The notes: a model not told the origin generated them from the sequence alone. 62,089 bases of DNA, filler included, from Collodictyon triciliatum (GCA_043381765.1; 4 parts of 4 records of this genome joined end to end with filler, not necessarily neighbours in it); one strand, 5' to 3'; counted from the first letter of the whole stretch, positions 19,965 to 32,616 are shown. Translations and numbers: made by a program.

Positions 19965-22900
19965 TTACCAGCCCTCTTCTCCATCCTCATTTTCATCTCC
20001 ACCCCCGTGCTCCAACTCGTCTTCCACATCCTCACCGTCATCTGCATGTGCACTGCCGAACCTTTGCCCTCCTATTGGCTGCTTAGCTTTTTGCATGCTG
20101 GTCTGGTCATCAAATTCGTCGTCGTCAAACTCGTCGTCATCTACCGAATACTGGGTACTGCCAGTCTTTGCAAGACCGCTTCCCAACATACTTCCTTTGC
20201 TGCTGCCTGTCGCCCACATGCTTGTACTCCCCAAGTTTCCAATACTCCCAGACCCGCCACCGCCCAGTTTGTATCCTCCCCCAAATGCACTGTATTGCCC
20301 GGTCGGCGCTCTCTGGGGAGAAATGTCTTCATCTTCATCGTCATCGTCATCATCTTCTTCCACATCACGCCCCGTTGTACGGCTGTAGGATGTCCCACCC
20401 AATTTCCCCAATCCATAGCTTTGTCCGACTGATGACTTCCCGGTGCTACTAGAACCTCCTAAAACACCCACATCCCCACTCCCTTTACTTCCATTGCTGG
20501 ATAAAAACTCTTTGACTTGAAACCCACTGCCTCCAGGTCCAATGCCCGGTCTGACCATTCCGTAGCCTTTGACTGGCTCTCTGGTGGAACCTCCATCTTC
20601 ATCATCATCCTCGTTGTAATCTTCTCCGTCGTCTTCACCTTCCTCAGCTTCTTCTTCGTCATCCTCATCCCCGACATCATAAAGAGAGGACAACTTTGGG
20701 GTGTTTGGTTTCCCTGGATTTGTGGTACTCAATGGCACTCTAGTACCATACTGTGTGCTTACAGACCCTACCCCACTGGGAGTCCCCGCGGTTCCCTTGT
20801 TAGGTGCACTTATTGCGGCTTCCTCCTCTTCCTCATATTCATCACCCTCCTCAACATAGTCACCCGATTCTTCGAAGGAGTCTTCATATTCTCGGCTTTG
20901 TATAGCTGAACTGATGGCGCTGGTAGGATTACTCTTGCTTCCTTTGTACCCAGCTCCTCCAAAATTACTGAACCCGGTTCCTGGCTTCATGTTACTCTGG
21001 AATTGGTTGAATTTGTAGTTAGTAGGGGTGGTGTCAAGCTCGTCATCAAACTCGTCTTCGTCACTACGAGTGTCTTCTTTTTTGCTCATGGGTGATATAC
21101 CCAACTTGGGGGCTTCCTCTTTGCTGCCTTTCAGGTCTGATGAAGACTTTAGGTTTGGAGATGTATACAACGATGATGTGCCCCCGGTGACAGATGTGTT
21201 TGTGGCTCCAGAGGGGGTTGAAGCGCTCGCACTTGAAGGTTTTGAATCTTTGGCGACTACGCTGGGCAGAGTCGTTTCAAGAGGACCAGATCCGCCCACA
21301 TTGGTTTTTAGGGACGCTTTGAAATCTTCCATATTGAATCCAGATTTTGTAGAGCTAGATGTAGTTCCTTTCTATGTTTTTTTTTTTTTTAGCATTCATG
21401 TTAATACTTTTGCTTACTTTACATATTAATGTAATTTAATTATAGTTACATTTAACCACTAAAATACACTCAATTTGTTAGACATATTTTAAGTATCAAC
21501 TGTTACTAATAGTGTTTTTTTTAAAAGAAAAAAAGGAGAGAGAGGGAGAGAGTATTAGACTGCTGTACTTGATCTCTTTGATTTGCGCTTAGCTCAGGTT
21601 TTGTATCCTCGTCTTCATTTCCTTCATCCACATCCCAGCTTGACTCTTCCCTGGCGGTGAAGTCTTTCTGTAGTGTAAAGTTTAACAACTTATGTATATA
21701 ACAGTATTTGTGTTCACATCTTCGTCCTTATTGATTACTAAGCTTCCTTTATTTCCCACTTAGAGGTGGTGACGTATGAGAATGTATGTGGTGGCGTGTC
21801 GGTGAATAGGAATGAGAATGATACATCACACAGTATTTTCATAATATTATATGAGACCAGGAAGAAAATTTTGGGATGGGCGATTAATTATAAACAATCC
21901 ATTTAAAAAGGAATACCCGAACGTCATAAGTGTACTCAGGGTCACCCGGCTTCACTTGATTCTTTTTAAAGTCGACTTCCATAATTTTCTTAGCACTATA
22001 TGGTTAGTTGGTCTTTTTAGTTTGTTTGATTGTTTGTTTGCTTTTCTTTTTCTCTTCATTTAGAAAGAAAATCCAAGTCGTGGATTTTACAAATATTTTG
22101 GTAATAGGAAATTACACTGCCAGCTTGGCATCGTCAAACTTATTCAAATCTTGCGCAGCCAAGTTCCCGATGCCCTGTATTTTGGTGATTTTTCGGTTAA
22201 CTTAGAAGATGCCATTTTAAAAAGAAAATATACACGGGCCAATGCATTAAACGTCAATAAATGCTGCCGAGCAAAGTTGAAAACATAGAGCGAGTTTGTG
22301 GTATATAAAACAGAAAATTACGGGGGTAGTCGATGGGGTTGTCTGAATTGGTGTCATTGATGACGTGGTTGGCTTCGCTGCTGACAGATTTTGTTGGCTA
22401 CTTGAGAAGCTTGCTGGGGCTGTAAACAATCAAGTTTCTCACTGAGTATGTAAAATTTATCTTCTTAACTGGCATTTGGAAAAGTATTATCAATACAGGT
22501 GAATATACATGAATTGGAAAAAAATAAGTGGAAAAAACGATATACAGGGTCTGGGTGGATCCAATGGAAAGGCAAATTCGAAATGCTTCTTGGGGTAACA
22601 GAGTTTCATAAGCCGTGCAACAAGTCTTTTCAGCTGGGATGAGAATTCGTTGTACAGTCATTATAAATCAACATCAAGGTTAGTGTGTACCAATCGAAAG
22701 GATGAGCAATCATATAGATAAGAAAGGGGGCATAGTTATTATCGAAGTCAAAGTACTTGGCTTCTCTGCAAATAGCTTCGAATGAAGATTGAGATGAAGC
22801 GAAACCTGCTCGTCAGTTACTTTGCCCAGCTTTTGTCGGTGGCGCGTGCGGATAGAACTGACAACTTTCATTACGTCAGCATTTTCGTTCAACTCTCGCA

Positions 22901-23355
22901 CAGGGAATATATACTCTTTCTAATGGAGTGTGAATGTTTCATTTAAAAAAATGCGATAGCTCTTCAACGAGAAAAAAAATTAGGATCGCGGTTAAAAGGA
23001 AAATAGACTAGATAAATCGGCTTCAAGCTCTTGGTTGGGAATTAAGTTACCAATATAACACGTAAAATTCCCCATAAATTATATGTATACACATTCGAGT
23101 GGAAATGAAAGGAAGGAATCATGTCCTCGATAGATTCTGATAATCTAACCAACTCGATGGAAGAAAATATCCGCATGAATACAAGACAAAAGGAAATAGA
23201 AATAAAAAAGAAAGGAAAAACGAAAAACGAAAAACAAAAGTGAAAATAAGACTGGGTGTGCGTCTGCATACCGGTTTGCCCTTTGAGTCGACGAACAATA
23301 GCCCGATGGCTTTCTTGTCCTTGAAAATAGCGAGCTTCTTGGGTGTTATGTCCAT
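19965..23355 (-). CDS. CEP19: CEP19-family centriolar protein with long acidic/Gly-Ser C-terminal extension
   Basis: N-block KKLAIFKDKKAIGLLF...FPVRELNENADVMKVVSSIRTRHRQKLGKVTDEQLKRLV; C-block DLNKFDDAKLAVAKKIMEVDFKKNQVKPGDPEYTYDVRKDF...SSWD (compare CEP19 DLNKLDD...YDIEVEF...GWD); spliced in phase 0 (DQ|KGTT) to the large 21372-19965 exon. Confidence 0.8.
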
Positions 23356-24611
23356 GACCTGGTACACAGCGAGAGTATGGCAGTCTGTTTCTTTTATGAG
23401 CCTTGTGCCATACACGAACAGGTTCAGACAAACCGCGCAACAAGAGAGTAATCAAAAGATGAGCATATATCTTAAGCAACATTGTTTACAGAAAGAGAAG
23501 CGAATATCGCTTGCGGGGAATTAGAACTATATGCCAACCAGTGTTGCATGTCATAAAATGTAGGAAAATAGAGAATCGCTTTGGTAATAGTCAGTTGTCT
23601 TGTTTTCTTTTGCTTTGGACAGAGCGGGTTTGTTAGAGTTAACATCTGCACATGAGACAGGCAGGCATAGCAATACTGGCTCTGTGCTTCGGGCGGTTCG
23701 TTCAATGTCCTGTCCTGCGGTTCGCATCCGCGTCTAGCGGCTGGCATCGTCCGTGGCCTCCAACGAATCAATCCCTCTTGATCAATCCATCGCCAATGAA
23801 GCCGTTGAGATAATGTTGGCTCGGAATGGAGCATTTCGAATTTTGTAATTATAATTACACTAATATGTTAGGGTGTATTAAAATACATAGTAGTATGAAT
23901 AAAAAATCTATGAAAAGGATTTTTATGATTAATAACAATATTTTCCACAAATAAGTGAAAAAAATGTGCTTTAAGTTTTCCCTCACATGGTCTATCTGGG
24001 GACATTTTCTGTGAATCGCAGGAAAGATCGGAAGGTTCTTTCTGGCCTGTGAAACACCTCGCTGGATTTCTGGCGTGCTGGAACGAGCGAAGAGCGAAGG
24101 ATGCTTGGATCAGGTTTATGTGCTGGACAGCTTTGTCGGTGAAGGCAAGCGGTTCGCATCTCGGCTCAGAAAACATTGTTGCCGTCCCCTCATTTATCTG
24201 AGGATCGTGAAGGCGTCTGGTTGGAATGAGACAAGACCAATGGAGTTTGGTACCACTGCGTCGGCATTTGTGTTTGCGGCCCTGGTCTGCAACAGTCGCT
24301 GCGCTTTTTTCTTTCTTCTGCCTCATCCTATCGCCTGAAATACAACTTGAGAGCGTGTATTTCATCCTGGTCACTCCTTCCACTCTTATTGTTAAGAAGT
24401 GATCGGCTCATTCCTTTCTTACTTAATTCCTTTCCTTTCCTTTCCTCTCCTTTCCATCCTGCTCCATTCCTCTCTTAATTCCTATTTTCTTTTTCTTTTT
24501 TTATTTTGTTTTTCTTTTTTTCTTTTTTTCTTTTTTTTTGTTTTTCTTTTTTGTTTTTGTTTTTTGTTTTTCTTTTTTCTTTGTCTTTTTCTTTTTGAAC
24601 AGATCCGAGCG

Positions 24612-27600
24612 ATGATAGGCTCGGCACTCTTTCCGAACATGATGCGCAGAACGTGGACTTTGATTACCACGCAAGGGAAACCACTCTTAGTAAGCTGTGA
24701 TAATAATTTATCCAAAGGCTCCTTTAAAACCAAAATAACAAACAAACAAACAAACAAACAAACAAACAAACAAACAAACAAACAAACAAACAAACAAACA
24801 AACAAACAAACAAACAAACAAACAAACAAGCAAGCAAACACCCTACCGCAAAAAACAGAAAACACACATAAAAGAGACCCACAAAAGCAAGCAACAAGTT
24901 TTACGCCCAACCCCATCCGCACCTACACACCTACCCATCAAGTTCCTTTATTGCAGAAGCTTCTATTTTCAATTTCACCATAATCATAAGCATTATTACA
25001 GAACTAAGCTAAAATTGTCACATAGTCCACAGCACCAAGACCAACGGCCGTAGTGCGTTCCATAAGCTTTTCTCTCACAGCAAAAGACTCCATACACAAT
25101 AATGTAACTACAGCCATGTTTGACGTAGACGATATATCATCCCCTCTCTGGGCATTAAAAGATCACCAACCCTTAATACCGCAAGAAAAAAAATGCCTTA
25201 CAGAAAGTCTGCTCTTGCAATAAAATTTATTTCACTTATAACATCTATTGTCGACTATTAATATCTCCTTTGCTTACAATCAATGATTCTATAGAAAACT
25301 GCACAAAACGTCCTTAATACATGGAGATCACGACTACTATACACAACCCCAGGTGAGAGCTCATAAATGTCGAGGGACTTAAATCATTCTGACATTCTAA
25401 TATAGTCACGTGTATTCGTGATGCTTCAAGGCCCGCTTCGAGTGCGACATACTAAATTGGCATTTTTTTCATCTGCTTAGAATATACTGCTAGAATGTTC
25501 CACTCCTCTGTTCATGCTATGAAAGAGCCAAACGACGAAAATAAGAAGGATACCGATAAAAATGACAAAAATAATGAGCAAAACAAAGAGTCGAATCAGA
25601 GAGACCCACAAACACCACTTTTGTACACATTGGTCATGATGGCTGGTCTCTTAATATCATCAGTGATTAAACAAATGAACGAAGGCAGTGAAAAATCTCC
25701 CACAAAAGTAGTCTCCTGGGATGTTTTCCACAACGACTATCTTATAAGGAACGAGGTACCAGACGCTCAATATCGTTTATCGTTTTTAATCCAAACTTTA
25801 AGAACTTTGCAAGCTCCCATTGCGAGGGATTTTGACTCTATGTTTCTGAAACCATAGGTATCAAAGATTGCGTTGGACAAACAAACTGCAATTGTCTATC
25901 AGAAGAGAGACCCAGTATAAAAACGATCAATTATAAATTGACACTATGCTATCATTTTTTTACCGTCAATATCTCACCTTTCACTATGATTATTCAAAAA
26001 ATGTAGATTACGATGGCAAATCAATTATACCAACCTGAATCAATCTTCCCCTAGGACACCCCAAGCTTCCTTGTGAGAACATCCGATATTGATACCTTTG
26101 TGGCCAAAGTAGAAGAGGCACAGGAACGATTAGGGTTATCCAGAGACTTTTATGTCCCTATTTCCACTGCTTCAAAAACGTTAGGGACTTTCCGTTAAAA
26201 TCGATTCATAATACAGCTAGCTATATGTCCAAGAAAGAAATAGAAAATACATCCAATCGTCCCTTTATTTCCCACTTATAGAAGCAAAGATGACGGAGCT
26301 AGTGCATGGGGTGACATCATCTCCATCGCTATAATTTTGGGCCTGATTTTCTTATTGAGACAAAACACTTCCCAATCATCTGGATTGGCTAATCCCACAA
26401 ATTTGGGAGGCGGGAACAAACAAGACCAGCTCCTTAATGTAACTTTTTTTTTTAGACGAGGGCTGTTCTTGTTGGGGGCGTAATTCGCATCACTTATTCA
26501 ACNNNNNNNNNNNNNNNNNNNNNNNNNNNNNNNNNNNNNNNNNNNNNNNNNNNNNNNNNNNNNNNNNNNNNNNNNNNNNNNNNNNNNNNNNNNNNNNNNN
26601 NNNNNNNNNNNNNNNNNNNNNNNNNNNNNNNNNNNNNNNNNNNNNNNNNNNNNNNNNNNNNNNNNNNNNNNNNNNNNNNNNNNNNNNNNNNNNNNNNNNN
26701 NNNNNNNNNNNNNNNNNNNNNNNNNNNNNNNNNNNNNNNNNNNNNNNNNNNNNNNNNNNNNNNNNNNNNNNNNNNNNNNNNNNNNNNNNNNNNNNNNNNN
26801 NNNNNNNNNNNNNNNNNNNNNNNNNNNNNNNNNNNNNNNNNNNNNNNNNNNNNNNNNNNNNNNNNNNNNNNNNNNNNNNNNNNNNNNNNNNNNNNNNNNN
26901 NNNNNNNNNNNNNNNNNNNNNNNNNNNNNNNNNNNNNNNNNNNNNNNNNNNNNNNNNNNNNNNNNNNNNNNNNNNNNNNNNNNNNNNNNNNNNNNNNNNN
27001 NNNNNNNNCCTCTCATAAATATTTTACTTGCTCGTTGAATATTTCTGTCATCTCAGGAGCAAGGACAGTCTAAGTCTAAAAATAAAACATTATAAAATAC
27101 ATCGAAGACTTTACCATTTCCTCATCATTTTCTTTCTATTCCTTTTCATCCACAATTAGTCCTTAATCCCTCTTCACTCTCCATAACTTACTAATAGGGT
27201 GCACTGCTCATTGGAGAACCCGGAACAGGAAAGACGCTTCTGGCCCGTGCAATCGCCGGTATTTATTATCTCGCATGAAAAATCTCTCTTCATCTCTGGA
27301 TTCATTTTTGGATAGGACATAATTTGAATGCCGGGTTTGAATGGATTATGCGAAGAAACACTGTTTTGAGGCGATTAGCCTTTGAATCGGAGAAAGGAGG
27401 AAAAACAGTATTTCAAGGTGATTCATCAGTCATCGTCTGTGTATTAACAGTTGAATCACTTCAGGAGAGGCTGGAATACCGTTTCTAGCGACATCAGGAT
27501 CTGAGTTTGTTGAAATGTACGTCGGGGTTGGGGCTGCTCGGGTAATGATTCAATTTTATTCAACCTTATTCTTTGTTTACATCGTATTATATTTTGTTCT

Positions 27601-30105
27601 ATTTTGTTCTATTTTGTTCTATTTTGTTCTATTCTGTTTTATTTTGTCTTATTTTGTTTTATTGTATTTAATGGACACTAGATAGAATATTGAGAATATA
27701 TTGACTTACACACGGCGAATAATCTCGAAATACGTTAAAAATTCTACTCTCAACCAGGTCCGTGACCTGTTTCAAGAGGCCAAAAAATCATCTCCGTGCA
27801 TAATCTTCATCGACGAAATTGATGCGATAGGTATTTAACTAGTATAATTTTCAGTTGTAAAAATTTTTTTTCTATTTTTCTTTTTTCGATGCAAAGTGAT
27901 TCTAGGTTATCTGTGTAGCCACATGCACTTAGTTCATTAGTCCATCACGTTTCTTCTCATAAAAAAATTTGCAGGCAAGTCGCGAAATAGCTCAGCGATG
28001 CGATCAAACGATGAGAGGGAATCATGCTTGAATCAACTTTTAGTGGAAATGGATGGATTTTCTGCGACCACAAATGTCATCGTCCTTGCATCCACAAATT
28101 TTGCTGAAGTACTAGATGCAGCTTTGTTGCGACCTGGGAGGTTCGATAGACAAATTCACGTCCCAAAGCCAGACTTAAAAGGAAGGCTGTCCATCTTCAA
28201 GCTTCACATGAAGGTATGTTTATCTCATATGCGGCTATCAAGTAATTGTGGACCGTCTTACCTCAGTGAGCGATTTTACTCTTCACTTCAGTGGCCATAA
28301 ATTGAATACCCATGTTGCAGAATATCGAGGTAGACGGAATCATTGATGATATATGCAAGAAACTTGCATTAAGAACCCCTGGACTGACGGGTACGACTCA
28401 TTCTTTGTCCTTGTCTCACATTTTACATTTATTTTGTGCATACGATGGTTTCCTTCTATCACGCCCTCCCTCTTTTATTACAACTCAAATAAAAAACATA
28501 GGAGCTGATATCGCCAACATTTGTAACGAAGGCGCGATTGTTGCTGTTCGTAAGGACAAGGAGAGAGTCACTATGGAAGACTTTAACGAGGCCATCGACA
28601 GAATTACGCTTGGTTAGCAAATACACACACACACACAAAAGAAAAAAGAATAAAAAGAGAACGACATATATATATATATTTGATAGTAGAGATCCATATA
28701 TATGTTGAGTGGTATATATGAAATAATTGTCTGGAAACTTTAACTAGGATTCGAGAGAAAAGGGATGGTCATAACACCAACAGAGAAGCGCATCGTTGCC
28801 TACCACGAGTCTGGTGATTTTTGAATTTCTAATTTTTCACAAATATTTAATAATATACGATCAACTGTATACGAGATTGTAATGACATGGATATTCCTAG
28901 CGCTCTGAAATCGTCAACATCTTTCTACTTCCGTCTGAGATTATAATTTTAACGCAGGACACGCGATTATGTCATGATTTCTAAAGCACACAAACCAGCT
29001 CTCCGAAGTATCTATAATACCTCGGGGGAAAGGTGCACTGGGTTTTGCAGCGGTCGAGCAGACGGAAAAATTCTTGATGAGTGACGAAGAGGTCTCTCCA
29101 TCAACCACGACTGTTTACATTCGTTTTCTACAATTAGTATCTTTTATGTAAACAAATAGCAAATATATAAGTCCGCACGATTTAAAAAAAAATTATAGCG
29201 GTCTGTCAGTTTTATATGGAAAATAGATGCACGAGCGCATGTGCGTGTTTCTTGGTGGGCGTGTTTCTGAGGAAATATTTTTCGGAAGTGTTACAACAGG
29301 CGCCCAGAACGACTTGATGCAAGTGACCAGACTAGCCTACGCTAAAGTGAAGTCCTTCGGAATGAACCCAAAAGTTGGATTAGTGTCATACTCATCGGTA
29401 AGCTCTGCAATTTCTTTCATCTCTCAATATCATGGTATTATAATTATTCGATTATGTACGCACAGCAGAGAGCACGCTCACTACTTGAGCTGAAAATCTA
29501 TTGACAAAAACAAACAAACAAACAAACAAACAAACAAACAAACAAACAAACAAACAAACTCATAAAAACAAAACAAAAGGACAACGAGTCATTCCAGAAG
29601 CCCTATAGCGAAACAACAGGACAACTCATAGACGATGAGGTACCCACTAAAAAAAATGTCATAAATTGCGTCCATTTCTCCCACACGAGCTAATTAAACC
29701 ATGTCTAGGTTCGCTTGATTGTCAACAGTGCATATGAAAAGACGAAGAGCTTGCTGACCGAAAAGAAAGAGCTCGTCGTTGCCCTGGCAGAGAAACTTCT
29801 CCGGGATGAGGTGCGCTTTAAAATAGCAAATAGCTTTATTTCTTTTCTATCTCAAGTCTTTTGGCTATTGATGACCGCTTCCCCCAACTACCCCACAGAC
29901 CCTTGTCGAGGCTGACATCGAGGCCATCCTAGGACCAAGGCCATACCCAAGAGAGAGATTGAACTTTGACCAACGCATTGAGGAGTCTGCATCTGTAAAA
30001 GACCAACACAATCCAGACACGAACGCCAAGCCTTTCACACCCACCCCGTCACCAGCGCCTATCCCTCCCTCCGCCTCGGGTAACCACGGCGTGGATTCCC
30101 CATAA
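24612..30105 (+). CDS. Mitochondrial m-AAA metalloprotease (AFG3L2/paraplegin, FtsH family); contains an assembly gap and one in-frame TGA (28975-28977)
   Basis: [24 protein letters not shown] (Walker A), [11 protein letters not shown] (Walker B), [21 protein letters not shown] (SRH), VAYHESGHA (Zn motif), [36 protein letters not shown]; presequence-like N-terminus. Confidence 0.9.
27590..27665. repeat. 10-bp (ATTTTGTTCT)n minisatellite, intronic
   Basis: Tandem units, decaying towards the 3' end. Confidence 0.85.
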
Positions 30106-30744
30106 TTCCGTAAGACGCGTGATTTTCGGTGAGCCAACGAGGAGTAGAAGAGACCGCCTTTCAGGAATCTAGTCAAGCCACACATGCAAGAAACAACCCC
30201 CGACCTTACCGAGGGCATATGAATAAACTGCCAAACCCAAATATCACACAAACGCATCCACCTGTTCTACAAGCGGCAGCAACTTTCTGGTTTTTAATTT
30301 TTTTTTTTTTGAAGACTTGGTGGGAGCACTTTCAATCATCTAAACCAGTTGCTTGAAATTGAAGTAGTGCAGAACCCATCAGATTCCATCTCCCAGGCTG
30401 CGTTCTTGGGCCCTTAACTTAATCCCAGGTCGCTGCTTTCCTTGGGAAAACGCCACAAAGAGCTGGAGGGATACGGCGAAACCAAGATTCCATGTCCGTT
30501 CCGAACTTTCCGCCTCTCCGCCCTCACGCATTCTGGGAATGTGGTGCGCAATGAGCTGGGAATATCCACATTAGTACAATTCTTATCGTTCTCAGAACGG
30601 AGACCTGGTATATACACACTGCCCAGAGCCCTGAAGATTTCTCCCCGCCTGACGTCCACGCGTCATCCCCACGCCCAACAAGACAGCAAGCAAGTCGTCC
30701 AACAAGACAGCAAGCAAGACATCAAGCAAGACAGCAAGCAAGAC

Positions 30745-31191
30745 ATGAGAACACCCCGCTTCGATGAAGACATCACGCAGCCCGCTCTGACGAGCACCTT
30801 CCGCAACGAAGCAGCCCTTCGACGAGGATTCACGCTGCCGCTCTTCATCCAACTTGTGACGACGCTCCACAACGAGTACGGCATAGACCCGGTCGCTACT
30901 CAGGCAGAAGTTGTCTGTGCGATCTGCTACCTCGACCGGCTCAGGAGGCTGGGGTGCACAGTCGCAGCAGATCAGCTCAACTCTGCCTTTGTCGCCGCCC
31001 TGGTCGTGGCCTGCAGAGCCTCTCGCGAGGCGTGCTATGACTACGACGCCTTTGCCCGGCTGACTGGTCTAAGCGCCAAGCGAGTGGAGGAACTGGAGGT
31101 TGAGCTCCGGGGACTTCTCGGCCATAAGACCGAGCTGACCCCACAGGAGCGCGCCGACGCTTTCCGCCTCTGCAGAGCTCTTGGTTTTTAA
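30745..31191 (+). CDS. Divergent PHO80/cyclin-P(U)-like single cyclin-box protein, intronless
   Basis: VVCAICYLDRL...AFVAALVVACR...YDYDAFARLTGLSAKRVEELEVELRGLLGHKTELTPQE follows the PHO80-like pattern (ALIYIDRL...AxK...Y...xGxxxxELNxLExxxLxxL); GC-rich coding style; first in-frame ATG at 30745. Confidence 0.65.
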   Translation: MRTPRFDEDITQPALTSTFRNEAALRRGFTLPLFIQLVTTLHNEYGIDPVATQAEVVCAICYLDRLRRLGCTVAADQLNSAFVAALVVACRASREACYDYDAFARLTGLSAKRVEELEVELRGLLGHKTELTPQERADAFRLCRALGF

Positions 31192-31589
31192 TGTTATTGA
31201 AAATGTCGCTCCTATCCTAGGGCGCTCTCTTCCCCCTTTTCTTTAAAATCCGCCTTTCCTCTTGTATAAGGGCAAAGGTTAACAGGAGAAAAATTCCCGA
31301 AGAGCCGTGCCTCCCATGGCTCGGCTACTTCTTCTCCAAAAAAAAAAAACCTTGAGAGGATGATGCATCCTTTCTCGTAAAACTTCCTTCGTTGGCTACC
31401 AACAAAAAAAAAAATGAACCCCTCTTTCTTGCACAAAAAACCAACCCTTCACTATCAAAACAAACAACACAAAATCTCTTCCCCTGAACCGAATAATGGG
31501 GAAACCCCCCAAAAAAGAATAAAGACAACCGAACCACGAAGCTGTTATGATAAGTGTTTATTACTTTTTTTCTGCGTGTTTTTGTGCAT

Positions 31590-31702
31590 GTTTTTGTCTA
31601 TGTTTTTGTCTATGTTTGTGTTTTTTGTTTTGTCTATGTTTTTGTCTATGTTTTTGTCTATGTTTTTGTCTATGTTTTTGTCTATGTTTTTGTCTATGTT
31701 TT
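31590..31702. repeat. 12-bp (TTTTTGTCTATG)n minisatellite
   Basis: Tandem units. Confidence 0.9.
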
Positions 31703-31839
31703 TGGGTGTTTTGTATTCGGTTGTGCATGTGTTAATTGATTCAAGTGAGAAGAGGCTCTCACGAAAGCTGTCGGTAGACCTTCGGGGTGGAAGCACGCCC
31801 AAAAAGAAAAACTGGCGAGCTTAGAAGATAAACTTGCTG

Positions 31840-31942
31840 ACCAGCTCACACAAGATTTTTTTTTTATTCTTCCTTTCAATTTTGTGCAGGATGGTGGAGA
31901 TGTTGGCTTTGGTTCGCTAGCCATCACCAGCTCACACAAGAT
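31840..31942 (-). mobile_element. 69-bp A-tailed insertion (family B) with perfect 17-bp TSD
   Basis: ACCAGCTCACACAAGAT at 31840-31856 and 31926-31942; insert on minus strand reads GATGGCTAGCG...CCATCCTGCACAAAATTGAAAGGAAGAAT-An. Confidence 0.8.
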
Positions 31943-32503
31943 ATTCACANNNNNNNNNNNNNNNNNNNNNNNNNNNNNNNNNNNNNNNNNNNNNNNNNNN
32001 NNNNNNNNNNNNNNNNNNNNNNNNNNNNNNNNNNNNNNNNNNNNNNNNNNNNNNNNNNNNNNNNNNNNNNNNNNNNNNNNNNNNNNNNNNNNNNNNNNNN
32101 NNNNNNNNNNNNNNNNNNNNNNNNNNNNNNNNNNNNNNNNNNNNNNNNNNNNNNNNNNNNNNNNNNNNNNNNNNNNNNNNNNNNNNNNNNNNNNNNNNNN
32201 NNNNNNNNNNNNNNNNNNNNNNNNNNNNNNNNNNNNNNNNNNNNNNNNNNNNNNNNNNNNNNNNNNNNNNNNNNNNNNNNNNNNNNNNNNNNNNNNNNNN
32301 NNNNNNNNNNNNNNNNNNNNNNNNNNNNNNNNNNNNNNNNNNNNNNNNNNNNNNNNNNNNNNNNNNNNNNNNNNNNNNNNNNNNNNNNNNNNNNNNNNNN
32401 NNNNNNNNNNNNNNNNNNNATACCAAAGAAAGGAAACTCGAGCAATCTTTCAGACTGGCNNNNNNNNNNNNNNNNNNNNNNNNNNNNNNNNNNNNNNNNN
32501 NNN

Positions 32504-32515
32504 TTAATTAATTAA
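32504..32515. other. Artificial scaffold-joining spacer
   Basis: TTAATTAATTAA within Ns. Confidence 0.9.
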
Positions 32516-32581
32516 NNNNNNNNNNNNNNNNNNNNNNNNNNNNNNNNNNNNNNNNNNNNAAAAAAAAATAAAAAGAAATTT

Positions 32582-32615
<34 letters not shown>

Positions 32616-32616
<1 letters not shown>

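Noticed and set aside
21746-21762. 17-bp exact match CCTTTATTTCCCACTTA shared with about 26262
   Set aside because: No TSD or A tail; one such match is plausible by chance in 62 kb of AT-rich DNA.
23472-24383. Short ORFs between CEP19 and the m-AAA gene
   Set aside because: No motifs; best explained as divergent promoter and UTR sequence.
27870-27905. Degenerate family A-like copy (TTTTTTCGATGCAAAGTGA); a similar one near 33190
   Set aside because: Core is mismatched and there is no convincing TSD, so it was not counted.
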